From a virus (taxonomy: Duplodnaviria; Caudoviricetes), in the IMG/VR virus record IMGVR_UViG_3300032007_001727: a DNA stretch of 64,000 nucleotides, one strand, 5' to 3'. The translations under genes and the position numbers were made by a program. Below the pieces are notes generated by a model, which worked only from the letters and a program-made list of their open reading frames with translations, had not been told where the DNA came from and ran no database searches. Positions 54,605 to 64,000 of the stretch are shown piece by piece (position 1 is the stretch's first letter; every line of letters starts with the position of its first letter).

Positions 54605-55355
54605 GACTTAATTAAGTACATAGAGGGGCGTACCACACCCATTCACCATTGTATCATTATTTATTATAGATTAATAATAATTTTCCCTTACAGATATTGC
54701 ATATAAAAATTGTGCACCACACTTAAATTCATATGTGGTACACAATCCGTATAGTCCATTCCATATTACCTATGGACTTAATTAAGTACATAGAGGGGAC
54801 TTTGGAATGACGGATTCCATTATATCCTCCGTCCATCATCACTTAATCACAATTTGACCCTCTAGCGACAATATGTGTCTATCCTTGTGTCATAGTGCTC
54901 ATATCTAATCTTTTCACCCAACAACCTAGCAACCTTCTTGCACTCCAATACATCTTCCCATTTGCATCCCATTGTTGTCCGGTAGCAGAATCCATCACGA
55001 AGCCAATCCACTGAATAGATTTTAGTTTTTCTGACTATCTTTTTTTCATTTCCAATTATTTTTTTCATAGTTCGCTATGTTATTATATGATTATCTATTA
55101 ATTTATTCATATATATTATCATTATATTATGTATGCAACTAACTTCTAAGTCCATCATGTGGAGCGTCCATCCTTTGCCGGAGGCAATTCCCCGGAATCC
55201 TTACACCATCCACATATTTCTATATTTTTCTTCATATTCCTATCTAATTTCATTACAAAAGTACCCAAAAGTTTTGGAATATCGAAATAAAAATCAATTT
55301 ATTTTTCCTCCCCCACAAATGATAGTATTAATTCTATAGACTTAATAAAGTACAA
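54605..55355. repeat. Palindrome (G)ACTTAATTAAGTACA cluster 2 (54606, 54776, variant 55339)
   Basis: The first two copies are followed by TAGAGGGG, as in cluster 1. Confidence 0.8.
54862..55068 (-). CDS. Hypothetical protein
   Basis: 68-aa ORF. Confidence 0.5.
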   Translation of the reverse strand: MKKIIGNEKKIVRKTKIYSVDWLRDGFCYRTTMGCKWEDVLECKKVARLLGEKIRYEHYDTRIDTYCR

Positions 55356-55397
55356 GATAATAAAAAAGGGACAACCTTCCGGCTATCCCTTTTTTTC

Positions 55398-56024
55398 TCA
55401 ATAGGCTGCGACTGCTGCGACTGCTGCGGTGGCTAACACTTCTGCCGGACGGATTGAGAATCCGGCTTGTGTGATGCTTGTCACATTAGAGAGTGTGAGA
55501 AGATTAAATTCCTCACTATTCTTTCCCTTTTCCAAACCTATCTCCTTCTGTGTGGACGATAACTTGTCCTTGTCCTTCTTTCCGGCCTTCCATGCCGTAA
55601 TTTGCTCCTTTAAGGCCGGGTCGGTAACTTGTATTCCATCGAGGAACAGATAGGTATCAATATCACAAGCCTCTCTTTTCTCGTTACGCTGCAACTTCAA
55701 GTAAATTTTACTCTCTGTGCTTTTGTCCGTTGAGAAGAATTCGGGGTAAAGGCTGCAAGGTTTGTGCCAGTTGTCCTTCAATTTGGCTTCCACCTTTTCT
55801 CCGGTGGCTCTCTCGGCTGCACCCTCAATGCAAGCCTTATAGTCCATCCCGAGGCCGTAGCCATGATAAACACTCTTTTGGGTCACTCTACCTAAATACG
55901 GGTTTCTGTTATTACCCCGTCCTTTGTTCATGGAGTAATCTTTTTCAAGAATGACTACGGTACCGGCTCCCTTCTTAATGTTTTGAGCGATAACGCTCAT
56001 AACATAAATTTCAATTTCTTTCAT
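55398..56024 (-). CDS. Hypothetical early protein
   Basis: Promoter at about 56081-56115 on the minus strand; hairpin after the stop. Confidence 0.75.
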   Translation of the reverse strand: MKEIEIYVMSVIAQNIKKGAGTVVILEKDYSMNKGRGNNRNPYLGRVTQKSVYHGYGLGMDYKACIEGAAERATGEKVEAKLKDNWHKPCSLYPEFFSTDKSTESKIYLKLQRNEKREACDIDTYLFLDGIQVTDPALKEQITAWKAGKKDKDKLSSTQKEIGLEKGKNSEEFNLLTLSNVTSITQAGFSIRPAEVLATAAVAAVAAY

Positions 56025-56406
56025 AACATTGAATGTTTAGTGTAACAATAATTTAAAGAACTCCTTTGTCTTATTAAGACAATGCAAAATTACCCCAAAA
56101 AACCGATATAACAAACATTTTCGGTAATTTTGAAGCCTTATTTGCAAAAAAACGAAAAAAAATGCCTTGAAACGCTATGAACGTGCATGCAAAAAAAGCG
56201 ATTTATTGTGCAATAAGAAATTTAACTTTTTATTATATAGGAGAATATCCTGCCATATATACATTATTATATTATAGGGAATTTTCAAATTATTTTCATT
56301 TTATGTTGTCAAACATATTTTTTTTGTTGTGTATTTCAAAAAATCGCCGTACCTTTGCAGCAGATTTAGAAAGAAATATAGTCAAACAAGTTAAACAACA
56401 TTTAGT

Positions 56407-57090
56407 ATGAAAAAGATTTTCTTCAAAGAAAATTCTTCTGTCCATAGGACGGAAAATTTAGAGAGATTCTGTGTGGAAATGCGCAGAGTAACGAGAGTAA
56501 CCAACAACCGCAACAGTGAGGAAGAATTTAGTAACTTGCTTGCCGAGGCACAGGAAGGTAATACCGCTTCTCGGAACAAGTTAGTAGAAAAGCATCTTCG
56601 TCTTGCCTATAGTGTGGCTGCACATTATAACGGCATGGCAGAATTTGAAGATTTACTTCAAACGGCATCTATCGGCTTAATAAAGGCCATAGAAAACTAT
56701 CGTAGCACTGATGGCTTATTTAGTTCCTACGCAGTTATGACTATGCGTAGGGAAATTACGCACGAACTAACCGCAAACGGCCGGAAGTTTGGGCATGAAG
56801 TAAAGAGCATTGACGAGCCGTTAGAAGGTGCAGAAGGCGCAGGAAACGAGCGTTTCAGTGACCTTTGCGCCGGAACATCACATGCAGACGATATTGTCAG
56901 CGCAGACGAAAGAACAAGAGAGATTAAGAAGTATATATCTTTCTTGACAGAGCCGGAGGCAAAAATTATCTTAGGTGAATTTTTGCAGGACGAAACCGAT
57001 TTTACTATGAGTTTAAAACTCGGTGTATGTGTTGAAAGAATACAACAGATAAAGCGCAGTGCTCTGAAAAAATTAAGAGAACTGATGTAA
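56407..57090 (+). CDS. Sigma-70-family RNA polymerase sigma factor
   Basis: Region 2 NKLVEKHLRL, FEDLLQTASIGLIKAIENY, FSSYA; region 4 ERIQQIKRSALKKLR. Confidence 0.88.
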   Translation: MKKIFFKENSSVHRTENLERFCVEMRRVTRVTNNRNSEEEFSNLLAEAQEGNTASRNKLVEKHLRLAYSVAAHYNGMAEFEDLLQTASIGLIKAIENYRSTDGLFSSYAVMTMRREITHELTANGRKFGHEVKSIDEPLEGAEGAGNERFSDLCAGTSHADDIVSADERTREIKKYISFLTEPEAKIILGEFLQDETDFTMSLKLGVCVERIQQIKRSALKKLRELM

Positions 57091-57189
57091 GATTAAGAAT
57101 ATAGAAGGCGGAGCGCAGTATTCCCTCCGCCTTTTTCTATTTCTTTACTTTTTAAAAAAATAGTCACCTACCTATTACGTTTTTAAAAT

Positions 57190-57630
57190 GTTCCACATGG
57201 AACATTCCCCACACACCCCCCTATATACCCCCCACCTATGTAACCCCCGCCCCCCTACGGGATTTTTAGTACCCAAAAAGGTGGAACAGTTTCCTAAATA
57301 TTTTCCTGGAAAAAATTCTGATGTTTTAAAAAAGAGACATGTGTTAAAAAATTTTGAAAAAAAATTCTAATGATTTAAAAATGATGCACATTAAATATTT
57401 CCTGGAAAAAATTCTGATGGTTTAAGAAAAGACATATGTTAAAAAAAAATTGGAAAAAAAAATTAGTATATTTTATTATGGGCTAAGTCTCTAAAAAAAA
57501 TTTTGGAGAAAAAATTTTGATGATTTAAAAAAGAGACATGTGTTAAAAAAAATTCCGGAAAAAATTTTTCTAATGTTTTACGGAGACCTCTTAAAAAAAA
57601 TTTTGGAAAAAAATTTTAACGTTTTAAAAT
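57190..57630. repeat. C-run tract plus repeated A/T-tract units in a non-coding island
   Basis: Several C4-C6 runs at 57207-57255; repeats TTTTCCTGGAAAAAATTCTGATG, AAAAAGAGACATGTGTTAAAAAA, AAAAAAATTTTGGA. Confidence 0.75.
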
Positions 57631-57651
57631 ACAGTTGCCTTTACTTATCTA

Positions 57652-60600
57652 TTATTTTATTGAACTGAGTGTGTCGAATATTTTCCTTAAGGGTGACTCG
57701 TTGACCCTTATGGAACTTAGTGTGCCAAATATTTCCCTTAAGCGTGGTTCGTTGACCTTTTGTGTTTCGTCGTTAAGGTTAACCGTCAAATGGTTTAGGA
57801 AGTTGGTCGCCCAAGTGTCACTAACGTTACGCCAAAATCCGGAACCTTCCGGTGTGTTTGCCCACTCAAAGGCGGTTATAAAGATGCTCTGCTTAAAGGA
57901 CACCGTGGAATTAATTTCCTTGAAGTGACATAACATTAACTTCAAGTTACTAGTTTTGTTCTTCCACCTACTTCTTCCAACAACACACAACGCGCTATAT
58001 TTTCTGAACGAGTGGTAACACTTGTTGTGCTTGAGGAAAAGTACGAACAAGAAAAGAAATTCTTGTCTGTTTATGACGTAGGTTGACAAATCTTTTAGTT
58101 TATCTTTCACGGTGCTTGTTTAAGTCTACGATGTTTTTTAGTATGGACTCATGGAAACAATCTCTTGTCAAACGCTTGTAGAGTTCAAACTCGGTTTCTG
58201 TCAGCGTCCTAACTATTACGTCCTTGAGGAGTGTTCCGTTGTTGAGGTATAGTGTAAGACAAGTTTCCATCGGACAAGGGGCGTAGTTGTCATACTTAGA
58301 TGACAAGTAAAGCGTATAAATGCCTAGAACAACACTTTTCTTATCGTCGTACTTTGTCACCGTCTTCACGTAATAACACTCGTTGCTCGTTGCGAAGAGA
58401 AGCGGGCGTCCCTTGTACTCGTTGATTTCATGAGTGAACGTAAGCCGCTTGTTAAAGACGTAACCGCCGTCATCCAAGTTAAAGTTAACTTGGAAATAAA
58501 CCACGTCGTTTGTGTAAAATTTATGAGCCATTTTTATCATTTTATTATTATTTACTTAAGGGTACCGTACGGAACGAGCCGTGAGAATCCACATCTGTAC
58601 TTGAGTGTGAGTCTCCGGTAGAGTTCAAACTCTGTTTCTGTTAAGGTTCTAATAACCATTTCATTGCAGTTGACGTGCAGCACGGTTTCCCTTGGCGTGA
58701 GGCTTGTGGAACAGTTGTTCAAGAGGGAAGAAAACATAACCGTGTACATTCCACGGACCGTACCGCGTTCAACGTCACACTCTGTTATGGTCTTGACGTA
58801 ACCTCCGTCATCTTCTATGAAGAGAAGTGGTCGCCCCTTGTACTTGTTAACGTCATAAAGATTTATTTCTTTATTGAAGACGTAATCGATATTTTCTTCA
58901 AATTTTGAAATCATTTTTTTTCTTTATTTATTTTATCTTGGTATGAAACTCTTCAGTTCTTCAAAAGAGTGCAGCGTTTTGTTAAAATGGTAGTCCATGT
59001 GTGGGTGTGTTTGTTAAACCGCTAGTCCACCTAGTGTGGCGGTGTGGTGGCTTAGTGTGTTTTAAGATTTTTTTGTCAACTGAGGCGGCAACCTCTGTTA
59101 TTTCTTTGGGTAGCGGTGTTCGGGGTTCCGGCCATTCCATGAGATAGTTGACGTTTGACTCTTCCAATCCTCTTGCGGACAAGTTTTCTATGAGTTTATT
59201 CATTCTAAGAGACAAGACATCGTTGAATTTGCAGTGCAAGTTGTGCCAAAACTTATAACCTTGTGGAGTGTGGTCCCAAACAAAGGAGTCGAAAATTATT
59301 CTCTCAAATCTTAAGAAATGTCTAGTGCTGATAATTATCCAAAAGAAGGCAAATATTTTCGGTTTGTGACCGTGTCTAGCACCAAAACAGTAAAAACTCG
59401 GATTATTTGTGAAACACCGGTAGACATTATCCTTGTACGCCTTGTAGGCGTTGTTCATTTTCAAGAAATCTATGAAAAACTTTTGATTTTGGGTCATTTT
59501 TGTTTATTTTTTTATTTATTATTATTGTTGTTCAAAAAACTCCTTTGGAATACATGCTAGAAGATTTTATTCTTGCGATTCTTGAGTTCAACTTGTTTAA
59601 AACATCCAAGTATCTTAACTTCTTGGTCATTCTGTTATAGAGTTCAAACTCGGTTTCTGTCAGCGTCCTTACGGTAAACATTTCTTTTGTTGTGTCAATC
59701 GAAAACACGGTTGTGCCAAAGTTAATGTCCATTATCACGCGCTCATCGCTAGTTTTATCAAAATTTGGTTTGTGAAGCCAAACGGTAACGGTAAACTTTC
59801 CCCTAATCTCCAAGAACTTATTGTTTACGTTATTTATGCCGGTGACGTGTTTTATATAACAACTTCCTTTTGAGAAGGTGGGCAGACAACAGACCGGTTT
59901 TCCTACGTACTGTTTCAATTCTTCAATGGTTCCTAAGTATTTGTTAAAGACGTAATCCATTTGGGTGGTTTTTATTATTTGATTTATTTATCTGTTTCCG
60001 TGTTGAATATTTTATTGAACAGTTCTTTCATGAGTTCACGTCTCACTTCCGGTGTGTTGCTGTCGGTGACGTTTAAAAGGTGTGCCATGTTGGACCATAA
60101 TTGACTTATGAGAGACCAAAAGACAAAACCTTCCTTGGTGTTGTCCCAAACGAAAGCCCTCCTAACTAGTGCGTCCTTGTTGTGGTTGTTCGGGTAGGTA
60201 AATAATTTTTCAGAGTTCCTTTTGTCTGAGAAATATTTTTTTAACCCACCTTTGGAGGCTGCGTGGTCTGACACGTTCTTTCTTAGGTTTTCAAAGAAGG
60301 AAGAATAACCTCCTACCTTCTTCAGAAACAGCCCTAGCAAGAAAATCACCTCTTGGTTGTTTATGTCGTATTTTTGTTGTGCCATAATATCTTTTTCTTT
60401 TTAATTTATTAATGTCCCCTTATTATAAGAGAGTTGCAGATTTCCTCTATGAGAGGATGTCTGACACGTTGTAACGGCTCGTCAACTATGTTGAGGTGGT
60501 CTGAGATTGTCCTCCACTCGGCACTCCTTATGGCCCAAAACATGTGTCCTTCAGCGGTGTCTCCCCACGTGAACGAGGTCATTATAATGTTACACTTACA

Positions 60601-61192
60601 GTAACACATTGAATCAGAGTTGTACGGTATTAAACTCAGTATGGTCTTTAGTGGTATCGGCTTCCCGGCGAAGTAGTTTTTAATTACGGAATATTTTATG
60701 AACGACCGGTAGCACCTATGGTGCTTTAGGTAAAACGTAAAAATAAAAAACAGTTCTTGGCCGTTTATGTTGTATTTATCTCCCATTCTATCGACTTATT
60801 AATATTTTGAACACGTGTTCCATCCAAGGTTGGTCAACCCCTTGTCTTTCTTCGTCATCCACAAACAAACGGTCTAGGAACTTACGTTCCCAATCATTGT
60901 GCAAGTTACACCAAAAGTCCGGACCCTCCGGAGTCTCTTGCCAATTGAAGGCTCTCATGAAAACATTTGAGCGTATGTAAGTCGTAGAATTTAATGAGTT
61001 AAGTTCGGTGAAATTGATGAACAATCCTTTGAGTTTGTTAAATCCTTCGTGGCACTTTACGACATATTTCGCCGCGTGTTCCTTAAACGAGTGGTAACAC
61101 TTGTGGTATTTTAGGAAATACGTGAAGAGCATTGTTAATTCCTCCCGGCTGACCGTGAAATATCCGGTATCATCAATTTTTATTTTTGCCAT
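57652..61192 (-). CDS. Family W..T(P)EG..FW: 57652-58110, 58982-59497, 59984-60385, 60409-60786, 60788-61192
   Basis: Shared (F/Y)LK....Y..F and F.W..T.EG..FW motifs. Confidence 0.8.
58100..59960 (-). CDS. Family RTLTETEFELY: 58100-58540, 58552-58914, 59532-59960
   Basis: YVFNK, Y.G.P, Y(V/I)K, identical C-terminal RTLTETEFELY. Confidence 0.8.
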
Positions 61193-61318
61193 CTTTTTCT
61201 CCTTTATTAAGCATATGGTTAATGCAAAGATATATAAAAAATGTGAGAAAACAAACAATGGTATATTTATATTAAGATTTTTTAAAGGTTTTAGAGATTT
61301 TTTATAAGAGAGAAAAAA

Positions 61319-62548
61319 ATGGGAAAAATGGTTAATGTTTTTATGACACCAAGACAGTTTGGAGTGATTGAGGAAGCAAATTGGAACTTCCACAGAGGGT
61401 CGGTTGACAACTTGAGGCCGTATGTGAGCGACAACAAGTATCACATGGGAGGAAGGGAAACCGGGCATTTCGGCAGCGGGACGTATTTCTCCACGTACAA
61501 GAACTCTAGCGGCTTGGACAAGTATCGCTCTGAGGGCGGTGACCGTAGGTTTGTGTCGGTCGGTGACGGCGTGTACCGCGTTGACCTAGATATTTATAAG
61601 AATCTGTACAAGGTTAGGAGCAAGAGACAAGGTGACGTTCTCTATACCTTGCTTAAAAACGTTAACCGTCTTGGAAACAGAATTGCCTACTTGGGAGAGT
61701 TTAGGCGCGGGTTGGCTTCGTATGACAATGCCGACTTGTACCAAGTTATAAGGGCAAACGCTAAGGGGCTTGGACTCAAGTGTCCCTCATACTATGAACT
61801 CACTAGGATGGCGCAGCGGTTGGGGATGGACCAAAATGACGTTAGGTCGCTGTCAACCGTGTTCATGGAGTTCAACGGCTACAACGGAGTGGACGTGAGC
61901 GGTGTGGAGTATTACGACAACACGAAGCACGGGTCTGTAATTTATGACATGTCCAAGATTGGCGGTGAGGTCGAGGAGGTTATGCCGAAATCGTTATATA
62001 CGGGGTATAAGGATTCACCGTATGACAACTCAGTCGTTAGGGACGGTATCACGGACAAGAGGATTGAGTCGCTGAAAGGTGAAAATGCGTTTTGGGTGAA
62101 AGACCTTGACGGAATGCCGGTAAGCGAGGCCATGAGGCTGCTTAAGAACTATACGGACAGCGGGAACGCATTGGACTCCTATGAGTTCGATTCACTGAAT
62201 GATGACTTGGCAAGCCGGTACCTTAGACTCTTGTTTGTCAAGGACCCGAACTATGACTATTGGGGGGAAACGATTATTGACCGGATTTTGGAAGGACGGT
62301 ACGGAAAGGGGTACTTGGAACGGATTGAAAAACTTGGAGCATACTATTGGGTAAACTACTTGTCGAAGAAGAGTTCCGGACTCATTGCCTTTCTCAAAAG
62401 GTTCGGCATGGAATTGGATTGGAGCCTTGATGCGGAAGAGGAGAATAGGATGAAGAAGGGATATTTGGACAAGTTGACAAGGTATTTGCAGAGGGACTTG
62501 ACGGAAGACGAAAGGGAGTACATTGACAAAAGATACTACAGCATCTGA
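61319..62548 (+). CDS. Putative ADP-ribosyltransferase-fold protein, late class
   Basis: FH.G ... FGSGTYFST ... GYNGVDV pattern resembles phage ART-like domains. TATATTTAT upstream. Confidence 0.45.
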   Translation: MGKMVNVFMTPRQFGVIEEANWNFHRGSVDNLRPYVSDNKYHMGGRETGHFGSGTYFSTYKNSSGLDKYRSEGGDRRFVSVGDGVYRVDLDIYKNLYKVRSKRQGDVLYTLLKNVNRLGNRIAYLGEFRRGLASYDNADLYQVIRANAKGLGLKCPSYYELTRMAQRLGMDQNDVRSLSTVFMEFNGYNGVDVSGVEYYDNTKHGSVIYDMSKIGGEVEEVMPKSLYTGYKDSPYDNSVVRDGITDKRIESLKGENAFWVKDLDGMPVSEAMRLLKNYTDSGNALDSYEFDSLNDDLASRYLRLLFVKDPNYDYWGETIIDRILEGRYGKGYLERIEKLGAYYWVNYLSKKSSGLIAFLKRFGMELDWSLDAEEENRMKKGYLDKLTRYLQRDLTEDEREYIDKRYYSI

Positions 62549-62931
62549 ATCCATTCAGTGTAGTTTTCTCCATTGGTTTTGAGTGAAAATCTTTTCTTTA
62601 GAGTTTTGTAGTTCTTGTTAAGAAAATCACGCCATTCCACGTAAATCAAGTACGGGTAGTCTCTTTTCTTGGTTAGGTGAGAAAATAGTTGGTTGGAGTT
62701 TTTGTCCATGTTATAGACCATTAAGCCTATAACATAGTTTAGATTACAAATCGTTGGATTCTCCATGGCTCTTTCGAGGGTGCTGATAACAATGTGTAGG
62801 TTATTTGACGATACTATTTTACTGTCTATATTGGAATAGCACGATAGGAACATCGGTCCAAGCAGCCTCCTTTCCTTTAGGAAGTGCAAGAGAATCTTCT
62901 TTGCGACATTCTGATTATCTTTTTGTTCCAT
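62536..62931 (-). CDS. Hypothetical protein
   Basis: TATCTTTG promoter upstream on the minus strand. Confidence 0.6.
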   Translation of the reverse strand: MEQKDNQNVAKKILLHFLKERRLLGPMFLSCYSNIDSKIVSSNNLHIVISTLERAMENPTICNLNYVIGLMVYNMDKNSNQLFSHLTKKRDYPYLIYVEWRDFLNKNYKTLKKRFSLKTNGENYTEWIQML

Positions 62932-63033
62932 TTTTTCTTATTATAGTCTTATGATTAATGCAAAGATATATAAAAAATCTGAGAAAAACAAAATATCGGT
63001 GATATTTATCTTTTGAGAAGAAGTTTTTTAAAT

Positions 63034-63438
63034 ATGGGAGTATTCGATAACATAGCCAAATCAATTGACGATAAGTCTTCAATGAGGGTTGACAGCGTGA
63101 CACTGTTGGCTTCTGCCATCATGGGTGTAATATTGGGCTTGGTGATATGCTTTGTGCTGATATATGACGTGACATACGACGGGGAGGTCAACACGGAACT
63201 TGATGACTTGGGCATATTCTTGCTGTGCTCCGGTGCCTACATACTTGGGTCCGGTGTACCGAAGGCTTATGTCGACTCTAGGCTGAAGACGCGCTCTTGG
63301 GTTGAGGCCGAGAAGATGAGGGCCGAAGCGGAGGAGGACGTTGAGGACGTTAGGTTCGAGAGGGAAAGAAGGAGAAGGCAGATGATGGATGTCGAGAAGG
63401 CTGAGGAACCTTGCGGTGAAAATGAGGATGATGCCTAA
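63034..63438 (+). CDS. Two-TM membrane protein with charged C-terminus (holin-like topology)
   Basis: GATATTTAT at 63001; two hydrophobic helices. Confidence 0.5.
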   Translation: MGVFDNIAKSIDDKSSMRVDSVTLLASAIMGVILGLVICFVLIYDVTYDGEVNTELDDLGIFLLCSGAYILGSGVPKAYVDSRLKTRSWVEAEKMRAEAEEDVEDVRFERERRRRQMMDVEKAEEPCGENEDDA

Positions 63439-63486
63439 ATTTTTTCTAAGTGTGTGATATTTATTGCTATAAAATAAATTATTATT

Positions 63487-64000
63487 ATGAATAAAACGAT
63501 TCTTAATTATATTAACAAGTGTGAGGGATGGAAGAGAAACATAAAGGGACTCCATTGGAATTCAAAGAATCTCTCACAACATAAGTTATGTGATGATATT
63601 GCTGATGCAATATCTGAATTCGAGGACTTGGTTTCCGAGATTGAACAATCTATCAGTGGTAAGTTGAATACAAATGCGTTTTCACCCACAAAGAGCAAGG
63701 AGACATCCTTGAAGGCATTTGTTGAGGGTGTCATTTCCGATAGTCAGAGATTCTTGAAGAAACTCGATAAGATGGGAAAGGAGTATGTGGGTATCAAGAG
63801 CGAGTGTGAGACGTTCATAGGTACAATGCAGAGAAATCTCTATCTTGTTAACTTCACGCTCAAGGAAGACCTCAAGAGAAGGCTTAGGAACGAGTTGAAT
63901 GAGTCTAAGAAGGGGGGAATAAGGGTGTCCGAGGCCGAACTGAAGGGAATCTTGCATGAAAGTGTTGCAAAGGCTTTGCGGAATATCATGGAAATGAACG
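63487..64000 (+). CDS. Dps/ferritin-like protein (partial, runs off the window; absent from the ORF track)
   Basis: MNKTILNYINKCEGWKRNIKGLHWNSKNLSQHKLCDD...FEDLVSE: HWN, H...D, D...E pattern. GATATTTAT at 63456. Confidence 0.7.
   Translation, partial: MNKTILNYINKCEGWKRNIKGLHWNSKNLSQHKLCDDIADAISEFEDLVSEIEQSISGKLNTNAFSPTKSKETSLKAFVEGVISDSQRFLKKLDKMGKEYVGIKSECETFIGTMQRNLYLVNFTLKEDLKRRLRNELNESKKGGIRVSEAELKGILHESVAKALRNIMEMN

Larger units (their letters stand above)
36850..56125. promoter_or_regulatory. About 20 copies of an early promoter-leader repeat: GAAAATAATT..ATTTT(A/G)TTTCG-N19-TACTTTTGCA.TGTCAAACAA...AAGATTATG
   Basis: GGTACTTTTG-type cores near 36854(-), 37003, 38266, 38686, 39262, 40271, 40405, 41188, 42243, 43366, 44564, 45384, 46740, 47556, 48116, 48625, 50003, 50386 (partial), 51146, 52181, 54131, 55257(-), 56086(-). 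Confidence 0.88.

Noticed and set aside
33720-56125. CRISPR array
   Set aside because: The 33.7 kb repeats are head-to-tail without unique spacers. The early repeats are degenerate, hundreds of bp apart and separated by genes. No cas genes.
1-64000. TAG-to-Gln recoding as in Lak or some crAss-like phages
   Set aside because: Coding density is high with the standard code, recognisable genes are full length, DHFR and others end at TAG in the expected place, and no suppressor tRNA was seen.

Overview
64 kb segment of a large, AT-rich lytic phage that infects a Bacteroidota host (Prevotella/Bacteroides-like). Promoters match the Bacteroidota TAnnTTTG -7 element, translation starts have A-rich leaders with no Shine-Dalgarno, and the standard genetic code fits. 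No core capsid or replication genes are present. Layout: (1) 1-33 kb auxiliary genes (IS1595 transposase, HIT, AAA ATPase, DHFR, M28 peptidase, CCA-adding enzyme, phosphoesterases, Hsp20-like, PARG-like macrodomain, split YqeY) with four dispersed minus-strand BspA-type LRR paralogues; (2) a non-coding repeat island at 33.3-34.3 kb, probably an origin; (3) a 36.8-56.4 kb early/host-takeover array of small genes, most behind a copy of one ~80 bp promoter-leader repeat, bracketed by palindrome clusters and ending at a sigma-70 gene and an A-tract island; (4) expanded paralogue families and putative late genes. Most notable: poly-G tracts at the same position in three BspA paralogues (two in frame, one out), suggesting phase variation; a set of tRNA-shaped RNAs with no usable anticodon, including a tandem pair with compensatory base changes; and GUGA-hairpin small-RNA units. 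All calls come from reading the sequence by eye; no database searches were run.
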